Of a stretch of 64,000 nucleotides of DNA, positions 35,672 through 50,255 are shown piece after piece. Origin of the DNA: Schmidtea polychroa (taxonomy: Eukaryota). The stretch is taken from contig CM097885.1 of assembly GCA_044892525.1 (NCBI GenBank), positions 20,958,001 to 21,022,000 of the forward strand, read 5' to 3'. Every line of letters begins with the position of its first letter. Positions within the stretch are counted from its first letter, which is position 1. The position numbers and the translations under genes were made by a program. A model generated the notes under the pieces. The model made no database searches and had not been told where the DNA came from. It saw only the letters and a list, made by a program, of their open reading frames with translations.

Positions 35672-36667
35672 TGAGATCACTTAGCGGTGAATAAAATTTG
35701 TTGGAATTGTCAATTCGCATGTTTTGCAACTTTAACTTCTATTCTCTTCTATTTATATAACGTTATTTCTGACTACTATACTAGTAGGTACTAGTTTTGA
35801 AATGAAACTTGACATTATAATGTTATAAACATATCGCAATTCAATCGTTTTAAGCGGGGTCTAGTCATGGAGAGAGGGGTAGGGTTCCATCATTCTGATA
35901 ATTTAACAAAGGGATCGAATGGAAATTTATTGAGAAAGAATGAAACATATTACGACAAGAAAGCTTTGAAGTCTAAATTTAATGATGAAAGTTTAGAAAG
36001 GTATTTTTAAAAGTGGAAATGTGAAGGAAAAATTGTTTTATGAAATTGATATTTTACATTGAGTTGAAAACCTTTTAAACCGAAAGATAATATTAACAAT
36101 AAGATTTAAAGGATGCAAAGTCTGTTTGATAGCCACAGTTGATGAAAGACTGAAATTCATTTCGACCGTTAAGTGCTAAGTGCAGTTTTACTTCAAATCT
36201 ATAAACGCAAAGAACGCAAGACGTCCAATTTTAAATAATATCTTTTGTATGGCTAAATTATTAGTTGATAGCACGTCAGTTAAATAATTGCCCTGCTCGT
36301 TTTAATATGGAAGTTATATAGATTCAATAAATTCGTCAAATGATAAATATGGTCACTAAATGACAGCCCTGTCATCGTAAGACTTCGAAACGAAATGACT
36401 TAGATCAGAGTTGCAAAATATTTTACAAAGTCATGGCCGATTAAATACTTACTCAATCCAGACATACAGAGAAACATCAGCAGAAAATAGAAATATCTGA
36501 ATAAATGTACAAAATATATTTTTAATATAATATAATAACTTGCATGAAAATCTGCACAAAATATAGTTAGTGAAACATTACAAAACTTTTCTAAATTAAT
36601 ATTAAATTAATGTTTAAAATTTACTTACGAATATAAGTAGTCAATAATTTTTAAAATATCTTTGATT

Positions 36668-36830
<163 letters not shown>

Positions 36831-36850
36831 AGCGCCACTCAAACATTCGT

Positions 36851-36893
36851 TTTACCATTTATTTCGACAGTTTACTTGTCATCATCAGGTAGG
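36851..36893 (-). ncRNA. Degenerate minimal hammerhead ribozyme motif (Penelope pLTR-like)
   Basis: Minus strand CCTAC-CTGATGA-T-GAC..GTC-GAAA-TAAATG-GTA; cleavage-site region mutated relative to the 45337 copy. Confidence 0.5.
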
Positions 36894-37772
36894 ATATAAT
36901 ACTTAAAGAAATTATAGATTTTTGAACAAATTTATTAATTGTTTTAATTATATTAATTATATCAAATTTGTTAATAAAAATATTATATTCTTGAAAAATT
37001 ATAAAACTTATAATTCAAATAATAAATAATTTTTTTTTAATTTTCTATCAAATATAAAATTTTAAATATTGAAATTTCGTTTAATAATTTAATAATTATT
37101 TAATTTAATAACTACAATCCATACATAAAATATACAAAAAATTATTTAAAAACATTTAAAACACAAGTATTCATTGAATTTTGTACATTAATTATCGGAT
37201 TCAATGACTTCATCAATAACGCCTCACCCAAATAATCAAAAACAATAAAATAATAAGTTTGAATATAAATACTTCGAGAAATAAAAATTTGATAATATGT
37301 TCGAATTGTATTTACAGAATAATTGTGGTGAAATGTTTATTTCAAATATACCAATTTCTGTGGTCTAGGGAGCAACATTTCTGTTGTCTTATCCTAATTT
37401 AGCGAACCAAATTGCAAACTTGGCTCTTTGATATCTCTTTAAAAAGGAAATTCAGTGATTTCGAATTACAACTAGATCTGAATAAAGAATTTTGTGCTTA
37501 TATAAATGCTAGTGGAGCGAATTCCAATTGCCTTAGCCATAGTCGATTGGCAACACACATTAAGTGAATCGCTGGACTTCGTGTAAATTCCTTTGCTTTG
37601 GAAGAATCCACAACTCCATAAGTTTGTGAACCACTGTGCTACTAGATTGCATCTCTTATAGACCGATTGTGACCACTTTGTTAGTGAAACAACCGCTAAC
37701 CATTAGTTTACCTTTTAGAACAATAAAACAACAAAAACTATATCCAATAATTAACGCAATTTTTTAAACTTT

Positions 37773-39025
37773 GGTAAATAGTAGATTTACTATGTTAATG
37801 GTAATTTACTATGTTAAAAAATAAAGTAATAAATTAAATTAATAAATCAATATAAATTAATTATAAATTTAAAAAAATTAGCACATCCATGCCAAAACAA
37901 ACTCAATTCTTTATAATTCCGAAGCAGTCAATTCTTTAAGACGCCGAAGTACGTGCCATAAATATTAACGAAAACTAACTCGACAATGTGTTTCTTGATC
38001 ATACCCATACAAATGAATTTTTAGCCCGCTTTGGTCTGATACCGAATTTAAAACTGTGTAATCGATGCGAAAACCGGCATTTACGGTATGTTAAAAATGT
38101 GAATTATGTGGATGGTTATCACTGGTGCTGTATTAAGACATGTCGATATCAGGAATCTATTCGTGCAAACTGTTTCATTGCGAAAAGTAAGATGAACACA
38201 AAAAAATAGTAAAACTTTTTCATCGTTATATGAAAGGGGAAGAATTACAAGATATTAGTTATGAATTGAATATTGAAAGACATACCGTTTTGAGTTGGGT
38301 TTCGTTGCTTCGTGAGGCAATGATGTATTATTTATCAGCAAATTCTAGTATTCTGAGCGGAGTTGGTAATAATGGTCAATCAAAAATTGTTGAGGTTGAC
38401 GAGAGTTTATTCATCCGGCGAAAATATAATCGAGGACGGATGATGAATCAGCAATGGCATATCGGGGGTATTGAACGTGGGACAAGAAACATTTTTATCC
38501 TGCCAGTACCAAACCGTAACGCCGAAACCATTGTGGCCATATTGATTGGAAATATACACCCTGGATCTATTGTCATTACAGATCAGTGGCCCACTTATGG
38601 AAGAGCATGTCGAGAATTAAATGTATTCACGCACTAAACCGTTAACCATTCTGTCAACTTCGTTGATCCATGCGACCCAACAATCCATACTCAAAACATT
38701 GAGGGACTATGGTCACGTTCAAAATACTTTATTCTAAAAGAAAGAGGCGTTTCAAGTGAGATTCAATCAGAATATTTAATACAATTTATTTGGGAATACA
38801 ACATTACAAAAACTAAGAGATTTAATGAGTTGTTGATCTTATTAAACCATTCCTGGTTCACGGATTAAAAATTATGAATTTTATTTAATTTTTGTGTAAG
38901 TAAATATTTTTTTAACTGCAGTGTTTTTAATTTTATAATTAAGTTAGTTGATTTATTAATTTAATTTATTACTTTATTTTTTAACATAGTAAATTACCAT
39001 TAACGTAGTGAAACTACCATCTACC
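37773..39025 (+). mobile_element. Merlin (IS1595/ISXO2-like) DNA transposon, decayed
   Basis: Long GG-initiated TIRs; TSD TAAACTTT/GAAACTTT; transposase remnants VEVDESLF..RKYNRGR, GGIERG, ITDQW, VNHS..FVDP, HTQNIEGLW (about 37988-38868). Confidence 0.88.
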
Positions 39026-39402
39026 GAAACTTTAGTTGTTTTTGCAAAGTTAAGACGAAGGTTGAGACTAGTGAATGAGGCAATCTTTACTAAGATAATC
39101 ATTATTCCTAACTTCATGTTTTCGTTCTCTGTTACGCATGAATTTGATTGCTTTGCATTGGATAATCCAAATATTTTCTTTGTCGGTTTTATTACATTTT
39201 CTCGATTCATTTAATATCTGCCAAAAAATATGTTACTTTGAAACGAAACCTAGTGAAAAATATAACAACCTCTCTCAAAAACCGCACCCATATTATCTGA
39301 TTGTGAATACAACCAAAGTGACCCTTCGCTATAATACATAATATAAACCACCGCATCAGATCCCTCAAGCAAACGTACTACCTACAGTAGAGTAAACCTT
39401 TC

Positions 39403-39755
39403 GGTACTTCCTTGTTATCTTACCCCCAAAAATTAAATTATAAAATACAATTTAAATAACAATATAAAAAATGAGAGAATACATTATTGATGACGTTATT
39501 GAACATTATTGAACATGAATTTATTAAGGCTATCTGTGATTTATGTGATTTTGTGAGTTTATGTGGCGCAAACGTGTTCTAAGCAACAGTGCCGATGTGT
39601 TCGACACTATTCTCAACGACATTGTGGTTTTCTGGCCACCTGGATGACCATTTACAAACTCTTTACAAACATTTGCTGAGTTTGTAACTGTGATTTAGAA
39701 AATAAATATAATAATTATATGTGTTCTTTTTTAATTTAATTTTTGGGGAAGTACC
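39403..39755 (+). mobile_element. Non-autonomous deletion derivative of the Merlin element at 43098
   Basis: GGTACTTCC...GGAAGTACC ends; 8-bp TSD AACCTTTC; both halves match the ends of 43098-44217. Confidence 0.9.
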
Positions 39756-40999
39756 AACCTTTCTCTAACTATGTCAATCGCTAGTTAGGGGTCATTTATT
39801 TATTAAGTAAGCAAAAATTCTGGATTTTGAAATCCTTTCATACCTGTTCTATATCGTAAATGATTAGACCAACTCCCATAAAGCATACGGCGTCTTTACC
39901 CCCCACTAAGTAGCCAACGTTTTTTACGGTTGAAATTCTAAAATAATTTGAATTTTCTTTATCGAGTACTTTCTTAGGCATTAATTAAAATCTGATTTAG
40001 GAGGTACCTATCACTCCTCATACAAGAAACGTCAATTTCCTTCACTTTCGAAATGAGGAATTTCACATACTTTGAGTATGACGAACATATCATGTTAATA
40101 ATACATAATGTAGTGTAATTATTAAATAATTTATAATAAAAATAATATTAATAATAAATAATATAATGTGTAAAGTTAGACAATGTAGTAAGAAAGTCAT
40201 TGAGAAAAATCAACCAATCAATTGCTAAATATAAAATTACGTAATCCAAAAATCATGTGTGGAATTGTCACACCCAATATTATTTTTAGATAATAATTCC
40301 CAATCATTTATCCTCTCTCCTTTCTGTAATTGTTACATTGGAGTATAATCTCTGCTCCAATGCAATTCAATAAATGTGTGTATGTTAAACAGATTATGTG
40401 TGTATGTGTGATATGTGTGTGTGTATCACTGTCTCTGTGATCAAAATGAATGTCGTTTCTGTTGGATTTTAGTCAATTCAATACTCTACTTTACCTGATA
40501 TATTATGCTATGTGGAGAATCATGTGACTCTATGAAATCCATTAATTTCTCGAAAAAAAGAAAACAAACACCGCCTTGGCTGGTGAGTTTAGTCTTGTTT
40601 CTGAAATTAATATTTGATTTTCTCTAATCCATTGATTTTACATAGGAATTATCTATTTTCTTTGGTTAGTCTGGTAAGGTTTTATATGGATATTTTAATT
40701 TATTGTTTATTATGGGCTTATATGGAATATATAATTATTTTGATTTATTTTAGAAATGTAGTTTTTTTAATAAATTTTAATAATATAATTCCGAAAGAAA
40801 AAAAAATATATATATATATATATATATGGTTTTACATCTGACATTAAAATTTTAATTATTATTAAATATTAAATATGAATTATAAGTAAATTAGTTTATT
40901 AACATAATCAAATTAAATTAAATGAACAAAAAATTCAAGGTTATGCTGTTAGATGAGAATTTCTATAATATTTATTCTATGGGCTGAATTTAATTTTTT

Positions 41000-41530
41000 A
41001 GGTAGTTGGGGGATGGTACCGCCGTTTGAAAATTGTTGCAACTTACATTTTTTGCTTTTTTTTGATTATTTAATTGTTGCATTGGGCTACACTTTTTTTC
41101 TGGGATTTTCAATTGAAAAATTTTTTTTTCAATAGAAATAAATTTTTCTCAGACTATAGTGAGGGGGTTTCGATGGAACCTGAGAATTTCAATAAAAAAG
41201 GGTTCTCGCTAAAAAGGCCAAGGATTTTTCAGACTATATTGAAGGGGTCTCCTTGGTCCTGAGAATTTCGATACAAATTAGAATTACCGTTAAAAAAGCA
41301 ATGATATTTCTAATTAAATTTAGGTGGGTCTCCTTGGTCTTGAGAATTTCAATACAAATTTCAATTACCGTTAAAAAGCCAAAGATTTTTCAGACTATAG
41401 TTAGGGGGTCTCCTTGATTCTGGGATTTTCAATAGAAAAAGTTGGTCTTCAATAATAAAACCCATAGTAATTTATGGTCTCAGGATATTTTCAATAGAAA
41501 AAGGCGGTTTTCAATAAAAAAACCAAGAAT
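41000..41530 (+). mobile_element. Isolated, diverged Polinton TIR fragment
   Basis: CAGACTATAGTGAGGGGGT, TGGGATTTTCAAT and GGTCTCAGGATATTTTCAATA modules shared with the Polinton 1 TIR. Confidence 0.75.
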
Positions 41531-43097
41531 AAGTCAATATCATTTTTACTTTTTCTAATTATATATTGATAATTTTAATAAATAATTGACTTACTGGAAG
41601 GAATATTAAATTGAGTTGAGACTGTCTGTAATCAAAATATCTTTTACTTATATCTCAAACAGGAGTAAGCATAACACGTTCACTACTATGGCCTTATTTA
41701 AAAATTGTGACTCATGGAAACGAATCGGTGAAAAGGAAACATTTAGTCACGGCAAAGTTTAATATACAAATAAACACCCGTTTCGTGATTACTGTAATGG
41801 AAATTATATTGCTACAGGACTTATATTTCATAATAAGGAATAACCACCATTTTTTGAATCAGAATATGTTTTAATTATTTAAACAAAGATCTCTATTGTG
41901 ACGATAAAAATACACATAATACATCTTGACTATCTAAATACAAACTAGCAAACCTTATGATTTCTGTAGATATATTCATATTGATACTCTAAGCACAACT
42001 TTCCTCAAAAATTTGATTTGAAATGAGCGCAGTTCTAGTTAAATGTAGGGCCTAAACATTTCACAAAATTAAGCAACTGGGGTGAGAATAGTTGTTTGTT
42101 TGGACCACTTAAGTATTTAAATCCTACGTCTTTGAATTTCTCCTTATGAATCCTTATAAGATAGACCAAAGTAAGTCAGTACAGCGAATGAATATTCGGT
42201 TCATTACAGAAAAGGAAAAACTTGTTTTTCATATGAACCTTTCTGTTTGAAATTTATTTAAATTTGTATGTGAGACTTGTTGGGGGAGTCGCAAAATGCG
42301 CAAATAATTCATTATGTATTCATAATTAATATTTAATAAATAAAAAAAATTTCTAATGTCTTACAAAAACTATCATATTTCGACAAAGACATAATTATTC
42401 TGACAATCTGATAAAAATTCTGATAATTCATCAACACTTTCCTATACATACCAATAAGCATATTTATTACACAAAATTTTACTTATCCAATAACTAAATA
42501 ATGATAATTATTTCATCCGGTTTCATGGAATAACGCCATCTATAATATAAAATACCAACAAGCTCACAAAATGTTTGTTGATTTTGGCTTTTTCATAGAA
42601 CGATGTTGTTTAATTAAGAAAAATCAAAACTGGTGGAAGAAAGTTTAAACACAAATAGTACACGTAGTAAAAAATGTATACAAATTTTCTGTAATTATTT
42701 GAAAAGAAAATAATAATAAAAAATAATAAAAAAAAAACTTTGAATCTATTTCTTTTTTGAGCTGTGGAAAAAATAAAAAAATAATATTGCAAATGACAAG
42801 GACTACTTTCATCTTGAAAGGTCATTAGGATTACCCAACAATTAACAAATATAAGAATATAATAATTATTTGGTTTGTATCACCGATTCTGTCCTAAATG
42901 TTGTAAAAATATAATTTTCAAAGAATAATTTGATAAAAATAATTTTAAGTTTAAAATTTTTGATACTTGCTTTAAATTGTAATAAATAAATTCATAAATT
43001 CTTCTTTTTTTGAAATTGAATGAGTCATGTAGTTGTTATACGCACTATTAAATATAAAAAAGGACGTTATTCCACAAAATGTTTTATTTGTAAATTA

Positions 43098-44217
43098 GGT
43101 ACTTCCGTGTTATCTTACCCCCAAAAATTAAATTATAAAATACAATTAAAATAACAATATAAAAAATGAGAGAATACATTATTGATGACGCTATTGAACA
43201 TTATTGAACATGAATTTATTAAGGCTATCAGCGTTAGTAAATGACAAAGCAAGTGCTGTGCAGTTTTTGTAGCAACATGGAATTTTGCACAACCCGAATA
43301 TTTGTAGCAATTATCACGCCATGACTTTGTCACTTAATGACCATCACGACCGCTGGCGTTGTAAGAAACGTGAATGCCGGGAAGATGTACAAGTTCGACG
43401 AGGAACATTGCTACAAGGCTCCAAACTGCCTTTCAGACAAATTGTACTGTTCATTTATTGTTGGTCAAAGCAGTTGACAAGTATTAATTTCTGCGAAAAT
43501 GAACTAGATATTGGCGAAAGCAGTGTCGTTTACTGGAACATGTATCTCCGTGAGGTCTGTGCAAATACATTACTGGTTAATTTGATGATAATTGGAGGTC
43601 CTAACACAGCAGTTGAAATTGATGAAAGTTTATTTTCACGGCGCAAAAACCAAGTTGGTCGTGTGTTTCTCCAACAATGGGTTTTTGGTAGTATCTGTAA
43701 AGAAACTGGTGATTGTTTTTTGTACACTGTCCCAGATCGAACTGCAGCTACTTTGATGCCAATAATAACTCAATCTATTGCACCAGGGAGTAACATCGTA
43801 TCGGACGAGTGGAGGCCGTACGCTGGAATTGCTGAGATACCAGGACAAGGTTACACACAGCACCGTTAACCATTCACAAAATTTTGTAAATCCTGTTACT
43901 GGTGCCCACACACAAACAATTGAGAGAACGTAGAGGGCGGCAAAGGAAAGGAACAAACGACAAAATGGAACTCATAGACAGATGATTGACTCGTACATGT
44001 GGGAGTTTATGTGGCGTAAACGTGTTCTAAGCAACAGTGCCGATGTGTTCGACACTATTCTCAACGACATTGTGGTTTTCTGGCCACCTGGATGACCATT
44101 TACAAACTCTTTACAAACATTTGCTAAGTTTGTAACTGTGATTTAGAAAATAAATATAATAATTATATGTGTTCTTTTTTAATTTAATTTTTGGGGATAA
44201 GATAACACGGAAGTACC
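43098..44217 (+). mobile_element. Merlin DNA transposon with disrupted transposase
   Basis: TIRs GGTACTTCCGTGTTATCTTA / TAAGATAACACGGAAGTACC; TSD GTAAATTA; VEIDESLFSRRK..VGR, WVFG, IVSDEW, VNHS, HTQTIE. Confidence 0.93.
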
Positions 44218-45336
44218 GTAAATTACTTTGCACTCATCTTTCAATAAATAATTTATGAACATTTCCATTACAAACCAGGTTGCTTTTTCAAATTATCTAA
44301 AATAGATTCTCAATTATGAAGGGTTTTTATAACCTAAACAATAAAGAATTCGAATTTTCGAAATATTAAGTGCATGAAATGTAGAAATAATTTTTCACCC
44401 AAATATGTAAAAAAATATATATTAAAGTTTTTGTATTAGGATTTTTTAAGGATTTTATTTTTCCCTACCCCTACAGAATACATTTGTTTTATTAATTAAT
44501 TAATTAGTTTGTATTTTTTAAACAACATTGTTGAAATATCCTCCTATCGATTTTAAATTATTAAATTTGAATTCATCTGTTCAACTGCTACTTGCCCATT
44601 CTATATCCTTCAAAAAATATTAATTTTCAATTTTTTTTTATTTTGTACTTTAATTTATTTTTTGAATTTAGTTACATTTAAATTTAAAATTTTATGCGTT
44701 AAACACAATTTTTCGTAGACTTAATTTTTTTGTACCTTTTGCATAATACTATAAAACGCGCTGTAAAATTGTAATTTATAAAACTTCCGGAGTAATCTTC
44801 TTTCATACCTCCTCTTTGTTTAAAACTCTGGATTGGAATAAATTTTTTATTTATTGTAATTTTCTTGTCCTCCACTGTTATTTAGACAAAAGAACAATCC
44901 AAACACATCTTCATTATTAATATTGATAGTAAATCATTCAGCCATTAGGCTAGGTAGTTTATTATTCATTCAGTTTCGATTTAAATCCCTGTCATCAGAT
45001 CCCGGCTTGCAATGTTTCTGGCAGAAATAAATTTTATTTCCTTAAATCTGTTAATTATGTTGTCATTTCTGAAGGAACTTTCCATTTTAGGTATCTCGGT
45101 TTTAATGAAATTATAAAGTATTATTAATGAAATTTGATATTTATGTATTGCGGGGCCCTAAGGACAAAATATTTTGGGCAATCCAAAAAAGTTTAATTTT
45201 AAAAGATTTTAAAAATACACTTATTGTTATTTCTTTTTATATAATAAATATTAATACATGTGACAAAAAAAATTACTAACAAAGTTAAAAAATAAATAAA
45301 TTTTAATTATAAGAAAGCGCCAAACAAACATTCTTT

Positions 45337-45378
45337 TCACGATATATTTCGACAGTTTTCCAGTCATCATCAGGTAGG
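45337..45378 (-). ncRNA. Minimal type I hammerhead ribozyme motif (Penelope pLTR-like)
   Basis: Minus strand CCTAC-CTGATGA-T-GAC(tggaaaact)GTC-GAAA-TATATC-GTG. Confidence 0.65.
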
Positions 45379-45659
45379 ATATAATAACTATATAAATTAA
45401 GGATTTTTAAACAAATTTATTAATTACATTAATTATTAATTATATAAAAAAAGTTTTTTAATAAAACTATTTCATTCTTTTAAAAATTATAATTAAAATT
45501 ATATATTATTTTTTGAAATTGCAAAATTTAGAATTAAAAATATATATTAAAATATTGATTTATATTGATATTACTGATTTAAATACATTAATTCACATCG
45601 AAATCATTAAAAAAATTTTATTTAATTTTGAAGGTGGAAATTTGGTCAATTATATCGAT

Positions 45660-45745
45660 GAAGCATAGAGCTTTATTCTTTTATAATTTTTTATTCTTTC
45701 CAGTTTACTGAACGTTCGTTCTCCAGTGCAGTTCGATATCATTAA
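45660..45745 (-). pseudogene. Tiny hAT dimerization-domain remnant
   Basis: Minus strand reads LMISNCTGERTFSKLERIK. Confidence 0.5.
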
Positions 45746-47109
45746 ACTAAATGAAAACAAAATATAGAAACTAACATATTTCGATGTATTTGATACAAAT
45801 ATAAATAAATTCAGATGCAAAGACTTACATAAATTATAACAACTAACTGTTAGTTAGGTTATAAACCTCAACGAGAAGCTAATGTAAGTGACTGGTAATC
45901 CGCCTTAACTCAAAAGTAGCAGTTCTTTGTAATGCCACGAGGGCGCTGTCAAACCTTTCCTCGAAGCCGCAGATCAGTGGCGTTTCTATTTACTTTTTAT
46001 TTTATGTCTAGGCGCTAAGCTTCTGTTGAATCATTATGTCGGGATTTAAGTCTTGTATTTTGTCAAATAAAATCTAAAATAATTGGACATCCTTTCTTCT
46101 GGAAATTTCGGAATTATTTTCCGGCCTCCCGATTGATTGAGGTCTCTAAGCAACGTCGTATTTTGCTTTTACGTAAATCCTACCTGGATACAGGCTACAC
46201 CTTAATAACGCCTGACTTAAATGACATTTTTAAAATTTCCTTTTACTTTTTTTATAACAAATTTAATTTTTTCATAATTTCAAAGTCTTATAAAACACGG
46301 AACCTATTAACTCCAATGTTTGACAGTTGCCTGTATAGCATCTTCATGTCATCAATACTGAATGTCTAAACCAAAATTTCATTAGATTTAAATTTCATTA
46401 AATTTAAAATTTTTAATTTAAATGGATTGTTGATAAATTAAAAATCATAAAAAATTTTCAAAATGTATTCTCAGTAATTTTTTTTACCGCCCAGATTCAA
46501 TGTAATTGAGTAAACACTGTAACAATTGTAGGAGCTTGTATAATACAATATTTTACATCCACTTAAAAAATATTTAAATACAAGAATTCAGAACCTGATA
46601 AAAACAGCTTGAATGCAGACATTACACCCGTTTGCAGTGAAAAAATGCATCTATGATGTTAAAAAATCAATACGTGTATATTATATAAACATACAAACTT
46701 ACCTGTGTGTTGATTTATAGCGTTGCAATGAATAAACGCATTTAATATAGAAAGTCAGAAAGTGGTAGAAAAAATAAACTGACACACAAAAACATAACAC
46801 ATAGTAAAAAAATGCATGCAAAAATTCGATATGTAGAGTCGTTGTAACTAATAAACGAGCTTTAATCATTTAATCATTTACACACATTTTTAGAATTTTT
46901 TAGAAAACATGACAGAAAAAATTTTAACGAAGATTTCGAAAACTCAACTTTGAGTTGTATAGATAATAAAGACATTATATTTCGAAAGATTTATCTTTAA
47001 TTCTTAATAAATTTAATAGTTTTTTAGTATTTCACATTACCCTGAAATTTCAAATTTGTCGTCTCATGTTGATGTTGGCGACAAAATAGAAATTAAATTA
47101 ATATTTCTA

Positions 47110-47285
47110 TAGAATTTCAGAACTTAACAAAATCAGATTAGTCAATGCAGTGGAAAATGGGGAAGATTTATATAATTTCGGGCGATTATTAGGAATTCGC
47201 AAAGAATCAATCTGAAATATAATTTACAAATATAAAAAATTTGGAGAAATAACCACAGGAATACGAGATGGCAACAATCAAATAA
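47110..47285 (+). pseudogene. Possible Tc1/IS630-like transposase HTH remnant
   Basis: RISELNKIRLVNAVENGE...GRLLGIRKESI*NIIYKYKKFG. Confidence 0.35.
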
Positions 47286-48751
47286 ATTACTAGATTATGT
47301 GGAAATAAAACTTCTATGCATAACTTTAAGAAATGCAACAAATGATGCAACAAAATTGTATTGCTATTTTCAACACATCCACCGTTTTTTCCTAAATGCT
47401 GTAAAAAAATAGATATTTTTTGAGAATTAATAAATTCTATTTCTTACTTATTTAATTTAAAAAATAATAAAACTCGTTATATTGAAGTAATTCCAAATTT
47501 TTATTAATAAACATCTAAAAATCCTGAAAAATTAATTAAAATAATTAATATTAAAAAATGTTGATAAAAATTATTATTTAAGAGCTTGAATAGTGATCTC
47601 ATATCTATATGGATCAAAATCCAAGCCTTAAAATTTACTTTAAATAAAAAAAATTACTTGAAAGTCATTTCTAAAATGGCTAAATGCAAATAGCTAAAAT
47701 AGCTAAATACACCTAAATCGGAAATATAAATGAATACATGTAGTTAAATTAACTATTTCATCAGAAATAATAACGCATCTTTATTTGGTTCTACACACTA
47801 ACCCATATTATAGATGCGTTTATTCAGTGCAAACGGGTGTATTATAATTAGGAATTGCATCACTGTATATAAGTATATTCTTAAAAGGCATATAGTGAAT
47901 AAAAAAAGATATATGGACTAGCTCGAGAGCTCTTTGATACATACACATAGGAGAAAGTGTATGAAAATGAGATTTTGCGCACATAATAGATGGATGGTCC
48001 AATAATTTCTGTGATTTCTATATTATAAATTCATTAGTTTTTATTAAACTCTTAGTTTTATTTCAAATTTTTCAAGTCTCTTAAATCTTTACTCTTGATA
48101 ATTACTTTTTAATGTTATATCGAGTCCGGGTCGTCATTCGAGACCATAAAACCTCATTTTTGTTATATTATAGATCAATATTTAGAACAATATGAAACAC
48201 AATATAAAACAAATGAAGATAGAAATTAAAAAAAGATCATTGGTGAAAAAATTAGATATTGCAATAAATTCCTCTTGAAAGATCCTTCGTATCAGTTGTA
48301 GATATAAAATGTTTAACAAAAATATTATTCTAAGTTAATAATTATAAATGAAATTATTTTTCCTATTGCAAATATGAAATTAAATTGAAATTTGTACTAT
48401 AATTACTAAATGAGAGATTTTAAATTGAAACTTGACTTCCTGAAACTGTTTACAATAGAACTTGAATTGGTATGATAGATAAGGATCACTGAATATTTAC
48501 GACATTATAAGCATGGCGACCCCTGTACTATGATGGATATGATTGGTAGATAAGAATATTCCTGGTGGGTTATGCGTAATAATTGCCAATATTTTTAACC
48601 AATATAATAATTTATAAGTTTAAAAAATGAGAACGATTACTCTACTATAAACCTGGCTGTGTTATATAGTGGTACAAATATGAGGGTGGGGGGGTGAGGA
48701 GTCGGTAATATCTTGAAAATACTACTAAAGTTTAATTATCAATGATAATTA

Positions 48752-49154
48752 CAGCAAGGCTGATATCTTTTTATGCATACGTTCAGCAATATCAGGAAAT
48801 ATATCAGCAATATCGAACCACCTGATAAAACTGTATTACTAAATATATCTTTACGAATATCTACATCGCATTTCATCATATTTTTATTGATCGTCTGATG
48901 AATACCAACAATTTACATTTCCAAGAATGTCTACAGAAACAAAACTTCTGGACATCTGAATATTTCATTTCCAATGGTAATAACTTGATCATCTGGTAGT
49001 AAATAACTTTTTTTAAGTAATGCTAGAGAGGCAGTAGTTTGCATTTCTTGCCCAAAAATAAGAGCAACGTAACACAGTGTTTTTTAATATCTCCACCAAT
49101 TTCTCTTTTGGAAGTAATTGTAAAACTGTATCCTCTGTCTGCCATAATTTTCAT
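48752..49154 (-). pseudogene. act: Actin pseudogene fragment (about residues 190-320)
   Basis: [29 protein letters not shown]...[21 protein letters not shown]...GIHQT...[10 protein letters not shown]...NTVLSGG...FP.IAERM.K.I.AL, with stops and frameshifts. Confidence 0.9.
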
Positions 49155-49648
49155 TGGACACTGAGTTAAGTCTCTTTCGTTCAAATCTATTTAGCGAATT
49201 GCACGACCCAACGCATAATTTTCATAAATTACGTAGAATGTGTCCCACTATCTCCGGAGTCTCTCTTAAACAGAGCCCCATCACCAACATAAGCATCAAA
49301 GAATTTCGACAATCTTTTAAAACTCATAAATTTCACAACTTTTATTTTAAAACTTTCACAAAAATCTTTAATTTCCAAAAAAAAACTCGAATCATCTAGA
49401 AAACTAAAACTAGAATTGGTTTGACCAAACAAAAATCTAAAACCTGCTATTCCAAAATTCTAGAAATAATGCATTGCTATTATTATTTTTTTAAACTTTA
49501 TCTAACTATTTGTTGCTATTTTTCTTTATTTATGTATTCTTTTAAAAGTATCAACAAGTATTGCAGAAAATGGTATTGAAATGATAATTATTTCTTCTAA
49601 TACCTCTTGTCATAAAATTCAATGTTATTCATAATAACACGCTGCATT

Positions 49649-50069
49649 CAGTGATGTATTGAGGGGGAAACGTGGTGGAACGACGTTCCGGCATCTGTTT
49701 TCGAAAACGGAACGCCTTCCGGTACTTTTTTTAGTAGTCATTTTTTTGATTCCAAATGAAAATTATATTTTAAATTTGCGAATTTGCAAGAACATTTCAA
49801 AAAATATGTTAATTAATAGAAAATTTATCTTGCTTTTTGTGTCTTGTTTCTTTTTCCCTTTTAAATCAAATAAACATCATGTGTTCTGTGTTTGTTATTC
49901 TACATACCATACTACTAAACCATCAACTTCAACAGCAAGGAAAACAATAGTTTGATTAAAATAAGATGATCTCTGAAAAACTTTAGGAATCTGCTTGTAG
50001 AAAGTCGCGGACTATTTTTCTGCTCTTACCACGAGTACCGTTACTTCTTATTTTACCACTATACTACTG
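49649..50069. mobile_element. hAT-like MITE, old
   Basis: CAGT...ACTG ends; degenerate 8-bp flanks GCTGCATT/GCTGCAAC. Confidence 0.5.
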
Positions 50070-50189
50070 GCTGCAACCGATAATATAAGAATTTTGAGCA
50101 CTTTCATTTTCAGAGTTAAGGTTTCTCTCAGAGCCCAATATCAATTTAATTTTGAATAAATTAATATTTATCTTTTTCACAAAGTTCAT

Positions 50190-50196
50190 GTAGATT

Positions 50197-50253
<57 letters not shown>
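50190..50253. repeat. (TA)n microsatellite
   Basis: Visible directly. Confidence 0.95.

Positions 50254-50255
<2 letters not shown>

Noticed and set aside
44968..45003. Another CTGATGA...GAAAC on the minus strand
   Set aside because: Stem II is not adjacent to the core and there is no stem I/III or cleavage triplet; likely chance
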